Positions 11,145-24,250 of a stretch of DNA of 64,000 nt are shown here, piece by piece; positions within the stretch are counted from its first letter, which is position 1, and the number at the start of each line of letters is the position of its first letter. The notes under the pieces were generated by a model that was not told the origin of the DNA, made no database searches, and worked only from the letters and a program-made list of their open reading frames with translations. The stretch is from Deltaproteobacteria bacterium (GTDB taxonomy: Bacteria > Myxococcota_A > UBA796 > UBA9615), in the NCBI GenBank assembly GCA_023954745.1, contig JAGSHC010000001.1, forward strand, positions 14,356-78,355, given 5' to 3'. A program made the translations under genes and the position numbers.

Positions 11145-12269
11145 ATGGAATTCCGCATCGCCAAGGATGAGCTGATCCGAGCTCTCTCGAGGGTCCAGGG
11201 CATCGTCGAGAAGCGCTCGACGAACCCGATCATCGCGAACGTGCTCCTCGAGGCCGGAAGCGATGGCATGAAGGTCAGCGCGACCGACACCGAGGTGTCT
11301 CTCGTCGGCCACTACACCATCGAGTGCATTCAGCCGGGCCGTCTGACTCTCGGCGCACGTCAGCTCTACGAGATCGCTCGTCTGGTTCCTACGGACACCG
11401 TCTCGTTCCGACTTCCCGAGGGCTCGTTCCTCATGGAGATCAGCTCTGGGAAGGCGCAGTTCAAGGTCCTCGGTCTGGCTGCAGACGACTACCCACCCAT
11501 CGCCGAAGGCGGTGACGGTGAGGGGCTGCAGATCGAAGCAGCGGACCTCAAGGCGCTGGTCGACAAGACGCTCTTCTCCATCTCTGGGGACGACACCCGC
11601 ACGGGTCTCAACGGAGCTCATGTCGAGGTCACCGAGCTCGCCGGTGGTCGGACTCACCTGCGCTACGTCTCGACGGATGGTCACCGGCTGTCCCTCGCCG
11701 GTCGCAAGTTCTCTGGCAACTGGACCGCGGATCGCAGCGTGCTGCTTCCGAAGAAGGGCCTCGCCGAGCTCCGCAAGCTCGTCGATGTGGGCGATGGCCC
11801 GTGGAGCTTGCTGCTTTCGGACACCCAGGCGGTGTTCAGCCGCGGCTCGACTTCGTTCTCGATGCGCCTGCTCGAAGGGGACTTCCCCGACTACAAGCAG
11901 GTGGTTCCGGGCGGATGGCAGCGCCGCATCCTCGTGCAGCGCGCCCACGTCAGCCAGGCGCTCAAGCGGGTGTCCATTCTCGCCAGCGAGAAGTCGCATC
12001 CGGTGCGGTTCCACATCTCGGACGGCACCCTCATCATCACGGCGAAGCAGCCGGAGACGGGGGAAGCTCGGGAAGAGCTCGAGGCGCAGGTGGAAGGCCA
12101 GGACCTGGAGATTGGCTTCAACGCTCGATACTTCCTCGACGCTCTGAACGTGATGGACACCGACAGCATCGCCATTGAGATCGGTGACTCCCTGTCGCCC
12201 TGCCTCGTGCGTCCCGGCGAAGGCGAAGCCGACGAGCTGTTCGTTGTCATGCCCATGAGGCTCGAGTAG
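11145..12269 (+). CDS. dnaN: DNA polymerase III beta clamp
   Basis: MEFRIAKDELIRALSRVQGIVEKRSTNPII, STDGHRLS, LLEGDFPDYKQV, C-terminal VVMPMRL. Confidence 0.98.
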   Translation: MEFRIAKDELIRALSRVQGIVEKRSTNPIIANVLLEAGSDGMKVSATDTEVSLVGHYTIECIQPGRLTLGARQLYEIARLVPTDTVSFRLPEGSFLMEISSGKAQFKVLGLAADDYPPIAEGGDGEGLQIEAADLKALVDKTLFSISGDDTRTGLNGAHVEVTELAGGRTHLRYVSTDGHRLSLAGRKFSGNWTADRSVLLPKKGLAELRKLVDVGDGPWSLLLSDTQAVFSRGSTSFSMRLLEGDFPDYKQVVPGGWQRRILVQRAHVSQALKRVSILASEKSHPVRFHISDGTLIITAKQPETGEAREELEAQVEGQDLEIGFNARYFLDALNVMDTDSIAIEIGDSLSPCLVRPGEGEADELFVVMPMRLE

Positions 12270-12294
12270 GCATCGAGGGCCGACGGCCGCGTCG

Positions 12295-13461
12295 GTGAGG
12301 CTCACCTCCCTCTCCCTGCGTGACTTCCGCAATCTGGCGGTGGTCGATTTGGAGCTCCCTCCGGGGATCTCTGTGTTCTTCGGGGACAACGGGCAGGGGA
12401 AGACCAACCTCCTCGAAGCCGTCTACCTCCTCGCGACCCTGAAGAGCTTTCGGGGGGCGAAGAACAAGGAGCTGATTCGGTTCGAACACGTAGATGGGAA
12501 GGCCAAGAAGGCAGCGGACTGCGCGGTCGTCAAGGGTCGCCTGCTCACCGGCTCGCTCCCCCGCGACTACCAGGTCACTGTCGACGACAAAGGCAAGCGC
12601 ATCCGAGTCGACGGCAAGGACCCTCGCGGGCTCCCAAACTACTTTTCGGGCATCAAGGCCGTCTCGTTCGTGCCTTCCGACCTGCGGATGGTCGATGGGG
12701 GTCCAGAGCTTCGCCGGGAGTTCCTCGACCGCGCGGCGTTCACCCTCGACTCCACCTACCTCGGCGTCGCCAGGGAGTATCGGACCGCGCTGCGCCAGAA
12801 GAACGCTCTGCTTCGCGATGGAAAGAGGACAGGGCGCTCCCCAGATCCGGCGCTGCTGGGCGTGTGGAACGACCGACTGGTCTCTGCTGGGACGGAGGTC
12901 ATCGCCCGCCGGGTTGGCTTCTTGGAGCGTTTCGCGCCGACGTTTCGAGGCGTGCACGAGGGCATCACCGGCGCAGCGAAGGGCTATGCCGAGATTCGCT
13001 ACCGCGGCCCAGTGACTGCGTCGGCCCTCGAAGACGGGCGGGAGGGCATCGCTGCCGCCTTGAAGACCAAGGTCGACGACGCCTTCGCGGCTGAGGTGAA
13101 GCGCGGGTTTTCCACGGTGGGTCCGCATCGTGACGACTGGGAGCTGCGCGTCGGAGGGGAGCCCTTGCGAGCCTTCGGAAGCCAGGGCCAGGTGCGAAGC
13201 GCGGCGTTGGCGATGCGCATGGCGGTCATGGAGCTGACGAAGGAGGCGGCGGGGGTGTGTCCGCTCTTCCTGTTGGACGACGTCAGCTCGGAGCTCGACT
13301 CCCACCGCAATCGCCAGCTGATGGATCGACTCCGCGCGCTCGAGGCTCAGGTGCTTGTCACCACGACTTCGTTGTCGAACCTCCAGCTCACGCGCGCGCG
13401 CATGGCGGCGTTTCGCGTCCAGGGGGGTGTCGTGGAATCGCAGCCCTCAGAAGGCTCGTGA
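12295..13461 (+). CDS. recF: DNA replication/repair protein RecF
   Basis: GDNGQGKTNLLEA, GPHRDD, GSQGQ, LLDDVSSELD. Confidence 0.97.
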   Translation: MRLTSLSLRDFRNLAVVDLELPPGISVFFGDNGQGKTNLLEAVYLLATLKSFRGAKNKELIRFEHVDGKAKKAADCAVVKGRLLTGSLPRDYQVTVDDKGKRIRVDGKDPRGLPNYFSGIKAVSFVPSDLRMVDGGPELRREFLDRAAFTLDSTYLGVAREYRTALRQKNALLRDGKRTGRSPDPALLGVWNDRLVSAGTEVIARRVGFLERFAPTFRGVHEGITGAAKGYAEIRYRGPVTASALEDGREGIAAALKTKVDDAFAAEVKRGFSTVGPHRDDWELRVGGEPLRAFGSQGQVRSAALAMRMAVMELTKEAAGVCPLFLLDDVSSELDSHRNRQLMDRLRALEAQVLVTTTSLSNLQLTRARMAAFRVQGGVVESQPSEGS

Positions 13462-13538
13462 CGGCGTTTTTGACTCCTCAGCGAGGGGGGGCTCGATCCG
13501 TGGCTTCAACGCTGGAAATAAGGGCTGAAAACCGCTAG

Positions 13539-16043
<2,505 letters not shown>

Positions 16044-16065
16044 TCGCAGAGACTCAGGAGCCCTC

Positions 16066-17073
16066 ATGGCCAACCCAGTAGCGAGCAAGATCATCGGCAC
16101 CGGGCACTACGTCCCGCCCACCGTGGTGACCAACGACGACCTCGCAAAGCGTTTCGACACGTCGGATGAGTGGATTCAGCAGCGCACCGGGATCAAAGAG
16201 CGTCGCTACAGCAAGCCCGAGGACACCACGGCGCACATGGGTGCCCTGGCAGCCCGCGCGGCCGTGGAAGACGCGGGCCTCGAGCTGACCGACATCGACT
16301 GCATCCTGCTCGGCACGCTCAGCCCCGACGTGACCTTTCCGGGCAGCTCGGTGTTCGTGCAGCGCGAGCTGGGCCTCCACGGCATCGCGTGCATGGACAT
16401 TCGGAACCAGTGCTCGGCCTACCTGTACATGGTGGCCACCGCGGATGCCTACGTCCGCGCTGGGCTGTTCAAGAACGTGCTCATCATTGGCTCCGAGGTG
16501 CACAGCACCGGAATCGACTTCTCGGACGAGGGTCGCGACGTGACGGTGCTCTTCGGGGACGGCGCGGCTGCGGCCGTGATTTCGGCGAGCGACGACCCCA
16601 AGGTGGGCGTCCTCCAGTCGTGCCTCCATGCGGACGGTGCTGGCGCCGAGTTGCTCTGGATCCAGAACCCGGGCAGCCGGGAGTTCCCGCACCGCGCGCC
16701 GGAGTCCATGTACGAAGACAAGTCGGTCTATCCCGGAATGGACGGACGCGCAGTCTTCAAGTGGGCCACCCGCAAGCTGCCCGAGGTGATCCGCGAGGCC
16801 CTCGATAAGTCTGGCTATGAGCTGGATGACATCGATGTGCTCGTGCCCCATCAGGCGAACATGCGCATCAACCAGATGGTGGCGAAACAGCTGGGGTTCC
16901 CCCAGGAAAAGGTCGTCCACAACATCCAAAAGTATGGAAACACGACGGCGGCGTCCGTAGGAATTGCTCTCGATGAGGCCCGGAAGGACGGTCGCATCAA
17001 GGAAGGTTCCCTGGTATGTCTCGCAGCCTTCGGCTCTGGATTCACCTGGGGTGCGAGCATTCTGAGGTTCTGA
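16066..17073 (+). CDS. fabH: 3-oxoacyl-ACP synthase III (FabH family)
   Basis: DTSDEWIQQRTGIKERR, catalytic Cys (NQCSAY), LFGDGA, PHQANMRI, YGNTTAAS, FGSGFTWG. Confidence 0.92.
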   Translation: MANPVASKIIGTGHYVPPTVVTNDDLAKRFDTSDEWIQQRTGIKERRYSKPEDTTAHMGALAARAAVEDAGLELTDIDCILLGTLSPDVTFPGSSVFVQRELGLHGIACMDIRNQCSAYLYMVATADAYVRAGLFKNVLIIGSEVHSTGIDFSDEGRDVTVLFGDGAAAAVISASDDPKVGVLQSCLHADGAGAELLWIQNPGSREFPHRAPESMYEDKSVYPGMDGRAVFKWATRKLPEVIREALDKSGYELDDIDVLVPHQANMRINQMVAKQLGFPQEKVVHNIQKYGNTTAASVGIALDEARKDGRIKEGSLVCLAAFGSGFTWGASILRF

Positions 17074-17076
17074 ACC

Positions 17077-18009
17077 CTGTCTGACGGACCCGCCAGCTCA
17101 ATCAAGTTCGGCAACAAGCGGGTCTTCTTCCTCTCGGGGAAGGGTGGAACCGGCAAGACGGCGATCTCCGTGGGTCTCGCGCGTGCTCTCGCACGTCGTG
17201 GCAAGCGAGTCCTGATCGTCGAGATCGACGCCCCTCGCCCGAACCTGCCCAACTACTTCGGTGGCCAGATCGACGCCCAGCCTCGCAAGCTGGGCCGGCG
17301 CATCGACGGCTGCAACATCGACTTCTTCTCGGCCCTGCGCTCCTACGTGGAGTCCGTGGTGCCGGTGAAGCGAGTTGTGGGACTCATCCTCAAGAACCGG
17401 GTGGTGAAGATCTTCCTCACCGCCACGCCCGGCGCCCGCGAGCTCGTGCTGATGTCACGCCTGTGGGAGTTCAGCTGGGATCCGCGCTGGGACCACATCA
17501 TCGTCGACCTGCCTGCGTCCGGGCACGCCATGGCGTTGATGCGCTGCCCGACACTGGCCAAGCGCACGTTCGCCCGTGGCCCGCTGCGCAAGCGCGCTGA
17601 CGAGATCATCGACCGCTTCGTCGACCCGTCGGTGGCGGGGCTCTACTTCTGCGCTCTTCCGGGTGAGATGCCCATCAACGAGACCCTGGAGACAAGGCAG
17701 CAGCTGGTTGATCTGGGCATGCCCCAGGTGGGCGGGGTCTTCCTCAACCAGTACCCCGACGAGAGCTTCTCGGAAGAGGAGCAGGGCCTGCTCGACCAGG
17801 TGGCGGCCATGGACGGCGCGCCCCGCTCAGTGGGGGCAGCGGTGGAGTCCGCCATCGAGACGCGCCGGAATCAGGTGGTCGCCGAAGAAGGCGTGGGCAA
17901 GCTGCTCGGCGCCTTCGGTGAGGGCTACGTCGGCCGCTTGCCGGTGCTCCCCGGAACCCACAGTCAGGTGGCGGATGCCATCTCGCTCATCATCACGGAG
18001 TGGCTGTGA
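17077..18009 (+). CDS. ArsA/Get3-like ATPase, subunit A (probable CTG start)
   Basis: In-frame Walker A FFLSGKGGTGKT lies upstream of the ORF-track GTG (17170). Also VLIVEID and DLPASGH. CTG 17077 is preceded by GAGGT. Confidence 0.85.
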   Translation: MSDGPASSIKFGNKRVFFLSGKGGTGKTAISVGLARALARRGKRVLIVEIDAPRPNLPNYFGGQIDAQPRKLGRRIDGCNIDFFSALRSYVESVVPVKRVVGLILKNRVVKIFLTATPGARELVLMSRLWEFSWDPRWDHIIVDLPASGHAMALMRCPTLAKRTFARGPLRKRADEIIDRFVDPSVAGLYFCALPGEMPINETLETRQQLVDLGMPQVGGVFLNQYPDESFSEEEQGLLDQVAAMDGAPRSVGAAVESAIETRRNQVVAEEGVGKLLGAFGEGYVGRLPVLPGTHSQVADAISLIITEWL

Positions 18010-19223
18010 GCCCCCCCATGACCACCCAGGGCGCTCGCCAACGAGAGGCTCAGGAGGCGCTGCTCGACGCCGTGCGCGACCGCAAGCTGGTGGTGTGCGT
18101 CGGAAGCGGAGGAGTGGGCAAGACCACCACTGCGGCGTCCATTGGCATTCGAGCGGCGATCGACGGCAAGCGAGTCATCGTCGTGACCATCGACCCCGCG
18201 AAGCGCCTCGCAAACTCGCTGGGGCTGGAGGCCCTGGGCAACGACCAGCGGCAGATCGACCCCGCGCGGTTCGCCGAGCATGGGGTGGAGCCCAAGGGCA
18301 CGTTGCACGCGATGATGCTCGACACGCGAGCGACCTTCGACGAGGTCATCAGCAAGGTGTCTCCTGACGACGAGACGCGCGACCGGGTGCTCAGCAACCG
18401 CATCTACAAGCACATCTCCGACACGCTCTCCGCCAGTCACGACTACATGGCGTCCGAGAAGCTCTACGACCTGTACACCTCGGGCAAGTACGACCTCATC
18501 GTGCTCGACACGCCCCCCATGAAGAACGCCATCGACTTTCTCGAGGCGGGTGGGCAGCTGGCGCGATTCCTCGACGACTCAATCATCAGCTGGTTCCTCA
18601 CGCCGCACCAGGGTGGCCGTCGCGTGGGGGCCTCGCTGATCTCCGGGACCGGCACCATCGTGTACCGCCTCCTGGGACGGGTGTTCGGCAACGACTTCCT
18701 CGACGAAATCGCGGAGTTCTTCCTCGCCACGAAGGACCTGCTTGCCGGCTTCCGGGAGCGCGCTGAGTTTGTGAGCCAGCTGCTCCACGACAAGAACAAG
18801 ACTCGCTTCTTCGTGGTGTGTACGCCCCGCGCGGTGTCCATGGATGAGGCCCGCTACTTCCACCGGCAGTTGGTGGAGCGCGACATGCCCGGTGGGCTGT
18901 TCATCGTGAACCAGGCGGGTCGCTACGCCGGGTTTTCGCCCGCGCCGGACGGCCAGCCAGGGCAGTATCTCGGCCCCGTCGACCGCGACTGGATGGCCGA
19001 TGCGCTCGAGCGTCCGGTCGGGGGGATGCAGTCGTTCCTGAGCCGATTGGACGCACACTTCGAGCGCAGCGTGGCCCTGGACGACGACGACGCACGCAGC
19101 ATCGAGGGCCTCCGGGCCTTCGCTGGCTCATCGGCGAGGGTGTGTGTCGTTCCCCGTCTCACCACGGATGTCTACGACCTGGACGGGTTGCTCAAGATCG
19201 GTGGTTACGTCTTCGGCGTGTAG
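18006..19223 (+). CDS. ArsA/Get3-like ATPase, subunit B
   Basis: VVCVGSGGVGKTT, TIDPAKRLANSLG, YDLIVLDTPP. GTGA overlap with the upstream ATPase. Confidence 0.9.
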   Translation: MSPPMTTQGARQREAQEALLDAVRDRKLVVCVGSGGVGKTTTAASIGIRAAIDGKRVIVVTIDPAKRLANSLGLEALGNDQRQIDPARFAEHGVEPKGTLHAMMLDTRATFDEVISKVSPDDETRDRVLSNRIYKHISDTLSASHDYMASEKLYDLYTSGKYDLIVLDTPPMKNAIDFLEAGGQLARFLDDSIISWFLTPHQGGRRVGASLISGTGTIVYRLLGRVFGNDFLDEIAEFFLATKDLLAGFRERAEFVSQLLHDKNKTRFFVVCTPRAVSMDEARYFHRQLVERDMPGGLFIVNQAGRYAGFSPAPDGQPGQYLGPVDRDWMADALERPVGGMQSFLSRLDAHFERSVALDDDDARSIEGLRAFAGSSARVCVVPRLTTDVYDLDGLLKIGGYVFGV

Positions 19224-19249
19224 AGAGTCGTCCTCGGCGTGTTGAGAGT
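19208..19249. repeat. 21-bp tandem duplication across the stop codon of the second ArsA-like gene
   Basis: CGTCTTCGGCGTGTAGAGAGT / CGTCCTCGGCGTGTTGAGAGT, 19 of 21 identical. Confidence 0.7.
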
Positions 19250-19281
19250 CACCTCTCGCGTGGATGCCCCTCGACGGGCTC

Positions 19282-20526
19282 CTACCACTTCCACCACTTC
19301 TTGCTCTCCCCCGAGTCCTCGCCAGGTCCCAGCTCGTGCGGGCCGTCGCCCTCACGTCGGGGTTCGGGGACTGCCACCGGCTCGACCGCGCTCATGCTGA
19401 TGGCGTCGATGGAGGTGTCGCCATCGTCCTCGGCGACTGTGCCGCGGCTGAGGATGACCGTCTCGGACACCTGAGGGCGGCCCGCTGGCTCCAGACTCGC
19501 ATCCGATGCCTGCTCACCGGTGCTCTCCAGATCGCGATCCCGCGCCGTCCTCGTCTCGACCCATTGACGCAGCGCTCCCCGGCCGTGACTGGGCCGGTGC
19601 AGCTCCCAAAGGCCCTCGAGCCGGTCGAACACCTCGCCGCCCTCCTGGGGTCGCTTGTCGGGGTACTGAGCGAGGAGCGAGCTCATCAGGGAGACCAGCT
19701 TCTCCATGGGTCGCCCCTTGTCCTCCAATTCGTACCTACGGGCCAACGCCCAGCGGAGCTCCGGCTCGCGCGGTTCGAAGCGGGCTTTCAGAGCAGCGTC
19801 GAGCGGAGAGACACCGTTGCCCTCCTCCACGCGAACGAATGGCGCGCCGGTGAGGAACTCAAAGGCGATGGCGCCGAGCGCATAGAGGTCGGACCGCCCA
19901 TCGAGAGGCTCGCCGTGGAGCTGTTCGGGGCTCATGTAGAGCGGGGTGCCCTTGGTGATGCCGCCGTCGGTTTCGTTGCCCAACCGGCGCTTCGCCCAGG
20001 CGATGCCGAAGTCGAGGATCTTCACCCGTCCCTCCACTGTCACCACGATGTTCGCGGGCTTCAGGTCGCGATGGACGAGCCCCACGTGGTTGCCGGCGCT
20101 GTCGACGAGGCGGTGGGCGAAGTGCAGCCCATCGGCGATTTCGCTGATGGCCAGGAGTGGGGCCGAGATGGGCAGCGGGTCGAGGCGGGTCCGGTCGTGA
20201 CGCAGGAGCCGCCGGAGCGTCTGCCCCCGCACCAACTCCATCACCAATATCCAGGTGTCCCCCAGAGCGTCGTCGCTGATGGCTCGAAAGTGGCGGGCCT
20301 GGACCACGTTGGGATGCTGCACCCGGCTGAGGATGCGCGCCTCGTTGGCCATGCCAGCGACGCTGGCGGGGTCCTGAGCGGCCTTGACCGCGTCGAGGAC
20401 CTTGACCGCGACCTCCTGCGAGAAGCCCAGGTCGCCGCGGATGATGGCGCGATACACGGACCCGAAGGAGCCGGCTCCGAGGAGCTCGACGAATTCGTAG
20501 CCTTCGATGGTGCGAGGAAGCCGCAT
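19282..20526 (-). CDS. Hanks-type Ser/Thr protein kinase
   Basis: LGAGSFGSVY, VAVK, HRDLKPAN, DFGIA, GTPLYMSPEQ, SDLYALG. No TM segment seen. Confidence 0.95.
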   Translation of the reverse strand: MRLPRTIEGYEFVELLGAGSFGSVYRAIIRGDLGFSQEVAVKVLDAVKAAQDPASVAGMANEARILSRVQHPNVVQARHFRAISDDALGDTWILVMELVRGQTLRRLLRHDRTRLDPLPISAPLLAISEIADGLHFAHRLVDSAGNHVGLVHRDLKPANIVVTVEGRVKILDFGIAWAKRRLGNETDGGITKGTPLYMSPEQLHGEPLDGRSDLYALGAIAFEFLTGAPFVRVEEGNGVSPLDAALKARFEPREPELRWALARRYELEDKGRPMEKLVSLMSSLLAQYPDKRPQEGGEVFDRLEGLWELHRPSHGRGALRQWVETRTARDRDLESTGEQASDASLEPAGRPQVSETVILSRGTVAEDDGDTSIDAISMSAVEPVAVPEPRREGDGPHELGPGEDSGESKKWWKW

Positions 20527-20618
20527 GCCGAAGATCTAGCGCGAGATTCGCCGCTCGGGTTTGCTGTCGGAGATTGCGCGGGGAAGTCCCATGGACGTCG
20601 CCCCGGCCGATCTCTCAG

Positions 20619-21398
20619 CTACCAGGTGACCGTGGCCTCGTCGCAGCTGAGCCACTCCACGGTGACGCGGGTGGTCTCGACGGGGTCGAAGCCCTCGCGG
20701 TACTGGGCGCGCCAGTCGAGGACGCCGCCGATGGGGCCCTCGCAGCCGTCGTCGGTGACGAGGCCTTCGATGGTGCCGTCGAGCCGGAACTGAACAGAGG
20801 TGGCAGAGGGGGATCCGCCGAGGGTCACGCCGGCGAGCCAGGCCATGTCGAAGCTGCCCTCGAGGGTGGTGTCGGTCCAATCGAGCTGGTGAGTCCAGTC
20901 GAGGGTGGTGCCGATCCCGAAGCCCACGACGTTGGCTCCGAAGTCGAGGGCGAGCTCGGAGCTGCTGCTGTTCTCGCTCCACTTGTATTCGCCGTCGGCG
21001 GAGAAACCGATGCTGACGCTGGGGACCTCGACGCCGAGCACGCAGTCGTCGTAGATGACTCCGTCGTCGAGCTCGGTGAGGCACTCGGGCCACTCGTCAC
21101 GCGCGCCCGAGCCGGCGAAGGTCACCTGACGGAGAAGCTCGAGCTCTTCCTGATGAACGATGGCGGCCGAGTTGGACCCGTCGGCTCGGTCCTTGTTGGA
21201 CAGGTACCGCAGCGAGGGCTGAACCGCGGAGATGGCCCCGAGCGAGAACTGCCCGAAGTCCGTCGAGGGTGCGTTGCCCGTCTGGAGGGTGAAGTCGACC
21301 TCTCCCAGCTGCTCGAGCTCGCCCGCATCGGCGTCGTGGGTGGTCCGGCAGCCGCTGGCGGCGAGGGTCAGCGCGAGCAGAAGAAGCATGGATCGCAT
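20619..21398 (-). CDS. Hypothetical lipoprotein
   Basis: MRSMLLLLALTLAASG-C lipobox; beta-rich acidic body with paired Cys. Confidence 0.75.
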   Translation of the reverse strand: MRSMLLLLALTLAASGCRTTHDADAGELEQLGEVDFTLQTGNAPSTDFGQFSLGAISAVQPSLRYLSNKDRADGSNSAAIVHQEELELLRQVTFAGSGARDEWPECLTELDDGVIYDDCVLGVEVPSVSIGFSADGEYKWSENSSSSELALDFGANVVGFGIGTTLDWTHQLDWTDTTLEGSFDMAWLAGVTLGGSPSATSVQFRLDGTIEGLVTDDGCEGPIGGVLDWRAQYREGFDPVETTRVTVEWLSCDEATVTW

Positions 21399-21577
21399 GG
21401 GCTGAGAATAGGTCATTTCGAGGCACCTCCTACCAGGTCAAACACCGCCCCAGGCGGGTCGGCACCGAGCATAGATCTGCCCGACCCGTACGCCCACGGG
21501 ATCGGTCTGCGAGCACCCCCTGGATCAACCCCCAGGATCGACCAAAAAAACACAGTATTTCCAACAACTTACACTGC

Positions 21578-21606
21578 TTGCCAACCGGATCCCGACCCTG
21601 TAGCAT
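21578..21606 (+). promoter_or_regulatory. sigma70 promoter of gyrA
   Basis: TTGCCA-17 nt-TAGCAT with an A-rich upstream tract. Confidence 0.7.
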
Positions 21607-21638
21607 CCGGCGTCGCCCGAACCCCCCGGAATCGCTGA

Positions 21639-24245
21639 ATGACCTCGACAGATTTCGCTTACTCCGTCATCGGTACAAACATCGAAGACGAGATGCGGTC
21701 CAGCTACCTGGACTACTCCATGTCGGTAATCGTGGGACGCGCTCTGCCGTCCGCGCGAGACGGGCTCAAGCCCGTGCACCGACGCATCCTCTACGCGATG
21801 TTCCGCGAGGGGTTGCTGAGCAATCGCCGCTACAGCAAGTGCGCTGGTGTCGTCGGTGAAGTGCTCAAGAAGTACCACCCCCACGGCGACTCGGCGGTCT
21901 ATGACGCCCTGGTGCGCATGGCGCAGCCGTGGAACCTGAGGTATCCGCTCGTCGATGGTCAGGGGAACTTCGGCTCCGTCGATGGCGACTCGGCCGCTGC
22001 GTATCGGTACACCGAGTGCCGGATGACGCGCCTCGCTGAGGACCTGCTCACCGACATCGACAAGGACACGGTCGACTTCACGCCGAACTTCGACGGAACG
22101 GTGCAAGAGCCCCTCGTGCTCCCCACCCGGGTCCCGAACCTGCTGATCAATGGTGCTTCGGGCATCGCCGTCGGCATGGCGACGAACATCGCTCCGCACA
22201 ATCTGCGGGAGATCGTCGACGCGACCATCGCGGTCATCGAGAACCCGGAGATCACGGCGGATGAGCTCCTGGAGATCGTTCCGGGGCCCGACTTCCCCAC
22301 CGGTGGCCTGATCTACGGACACGGTCCGTGCATTGAGGCATCGAAGACCGGGCGTGGCCGCGTGATCATGCGGGGCGTCGCGGAGGTCGAGAAGGACGAC
22401 CGCGGTGACGACAAGGCGATCATCATCACCGAGATTCCCTACCAGGTGAACAAGTCCCGTCTCGTCGAGACCATCGCCAACCTGGTGCGGCACAAGAAGG
22501 TCGACGGCATTCGCGACATCCGCGACGAGTCCGACCGCACCGGCATGCGGGTGGTGGTCGAGCTCAAGCGCGACGCCATCGGGCAGGTCGTCCTGAACCT
22601 GCTCTACAAGCACACGGCGCTTCAGAGCACGTTTGGGGTCATCAACCTCGCGCTCGTCGACCGACGCCCGCAGGTTTTGTCGCTCAAGGAGCTGCTCAGC
22701 GAGTTCGTGGCCCACCGCAAGGAGGTCACGATTCGTCGCTGCCGGTTCGAGCTGGCCCAGGCCGAGGCTCGCGCCCACGTCCTCGAGGGGTACCTCAAGG
22801 CCCTGGACCACATCGACGAGATCATCCGGATCATCCGGGCCTCGGCGAACACCGAGGAGGCGCGGAACTCCCTCATCAGTCGCTTCGAGTTCACCCACGT
22901 CCAGGCCCAGGCCATCCTCGACATGCGCCTCGCCCGGCTCACCGCTCTCGAGCGCGAGAAGCTGGAGCAGGAACTTGCGGATGTGAACCAGAAGATCGAG
23001 CGCCTGCGCAGCATTCTCAGCAGCGAGGCCCTGATCTTCGAAGTGATCAAGGGCGAACTCGGCGAGATTCGGGAGCGCTACGGCGACGACCGACGCACCA
23101 AGATCATCGCCGCGTCGGCTGACCTCTCCATCGAGGACCTCATCCCCGACGAGGAGGTGGCGGTCACGCTCTCCAGCCTCGGCTACGTCAAGCGCACTCC
23201 TCTTCGTGAGTACGAGGCTCAGCGCCGCGGTGGCAAGGGCAAGCGCGGCATGAGCACGCGCGACGAGGACTTCGTGCGCGACCTGTTCGTGGCGTCGACC
23301 CACGACAGGCTCATGGTCTTCACGCGCCTGGGGCAGGTCTATCTGCTGCCTGTGTACAACGTTCCGGAGGGCGGTCGCGCAGCGCGCGGACGTCCGATCA
23401 TCAACCTCGTCCCGATGAACGGCGAGGATGAGGTCGCAGGGGTGTTGGCGATTCGCGAGTTCGATCAGCGCTCGGTGGCCATGGTCACCCGGGGCGGCAA
23501 GATCAAGCGCACCAACCTCGAGCGCTACAAGAACATCCGTTCCAACGGGATCATCGCGTGCGGCCTCGAAGAGGGCGACGAGGTCCTCACGATTGGTCTC
23601 ATCGACAAGGAGGGCGCCTCGCTGCTCCTCTCCACATCGGACGGCAAGTCCATCCACTTCCTGGCCGACCAGGCTCGGGAGATGGGCCGCGGAGCCCGCG
23701 GGGTGCGAGGCATCACGCTGGTGGCCGACGACCGGCTCGTGGGCATGGAGGTCGTGGACCCGGGAATCCCGGAGCCCACCATCGACGAGTCCCGTCGTCT
23801 CCAGGAGGGGATGGCGCTGCTGACCCTCACGGAGAACGGCTTCGGCAAGCTCACGCCTCTCTCGGAGTACCGGAAGCAGAACCGTGGCGGCATCGGCCTC
23901 ATCGACATCAAGACGATGGGACGCAACGGCCCGGTCGTGGGTTCTGCTCTCGTGTCATCCAACGACGAGGTCATGATCATCACCGACGGCGGCAAGCTGA
24001 TTCGCACCCGCGTGGGCGAGGTCAGCGTCATCGGCCGGAACACCCAGGGTGTGATGCTGATCCGTCTCGACGACAACGAGAAGGTGGTTGCCTTCCAGCG
24101 GGTCGGCGAGACCCCGGAGTCGGATGACGCCGAGGCCGCCGGTGAAGCAGAGACTGTGGACGGCGAGGCTGAGGCGACTGCCGAGGCTCCCGCTGCCGAG
24201 GCTTCCGCCGCGGACGAGACTGCCGGCGACGGGGACGACTCGTAG
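21639..24245 (+). CDS. gyrA: DNA gyrase subunit A
   Basis: [33 protein letters not shown] catalytic Tyr, GyrA-box QRRGGKG, acidic tail. Confidence 0.99.
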   Translation: MTSTDFAYSVIGTNIEDEMRSSYLDYSMSVIVGRALPSARDGLKPVHRRILYAMFREGLLSNRRYSKCAGVVGEVLKKYHPHGDSAVYDALVRMAQPWNLRYPLVDGQGNFGSVDGDSAAAYRYTECRMTRLAEDLLTDIDKDTVDFTPNFDGTVQEPLVLPTRVPNLLINGASGIAVGMATNIAPHNLREIVDATIAVIENPEITADELLEIVPGPDFPTGGLIYGHGPCIEASKTGRGRVIMRGVAEVEKDDRGDDKAIIITEIPYQVNKSRLVETIANLVRHKKVDGIRDIRDESDRTGMRVVVELKRDAIGQVVLNLLYKHTALQSTFGVINLALVDRRPQVLSLKELLSEFVAHRKEVTIRRCRFELAQAEARAHVLEGYLKALDHIDEIIRIIRASANTEEARNSLISRFEFTHVQAQAILDMRLARLTALEREKLEQELADVNQKIERLRSILSSEALIFEVIKGELGEIRERYGDDRRTKIIAASADLSIEDLIPDEEVAVTLSSLGYVKRTPLREYEAQRRGGKGKRGMSTRDEDFVRDLFVASTHDRLMVFTRLGQVYLLPVYNVPEGGRAARGRPIINLVPMNGEDEVAGVLAIREFDQRSVAMVTRGGKIKRTNLERYKNIRSNGIIACGLEEGDEVLTIGLIDKEGASLLLSTSDGKSIHFLADQAREMGRGARGVRGITLVADDRLVGMEVVDPGIPEPTIDESRRLQEGMALLTLTENGFGKLTPLSEYRKQNRGGIGLIDIKTMGRNGPVVGSALVSSNDEVMIITDGGKLIRTRVGEVSVIGRNTQGVMLIRLDDNEKVVAFQRVGETPESDDAEAAGEAETVDGEAEATAEAPAAEASAADETAGDGDDS

Positions 24246-24250
24246 CCACC

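Noticed and set aside
17071..17110. Selenocysteine recoding of the fabH TGA
   Set aside because: The TGA is at the normal FabH C-terminus and no convincing bacterial SECIS hairpin follows; a CTG start is simpler.
17077..19223. Arsenic resistance operon
   Set aside because: No arsR/arsB/arsC/acr3, and the two-gene asymmetric layout fits Get3/BagAB-like ATPases.
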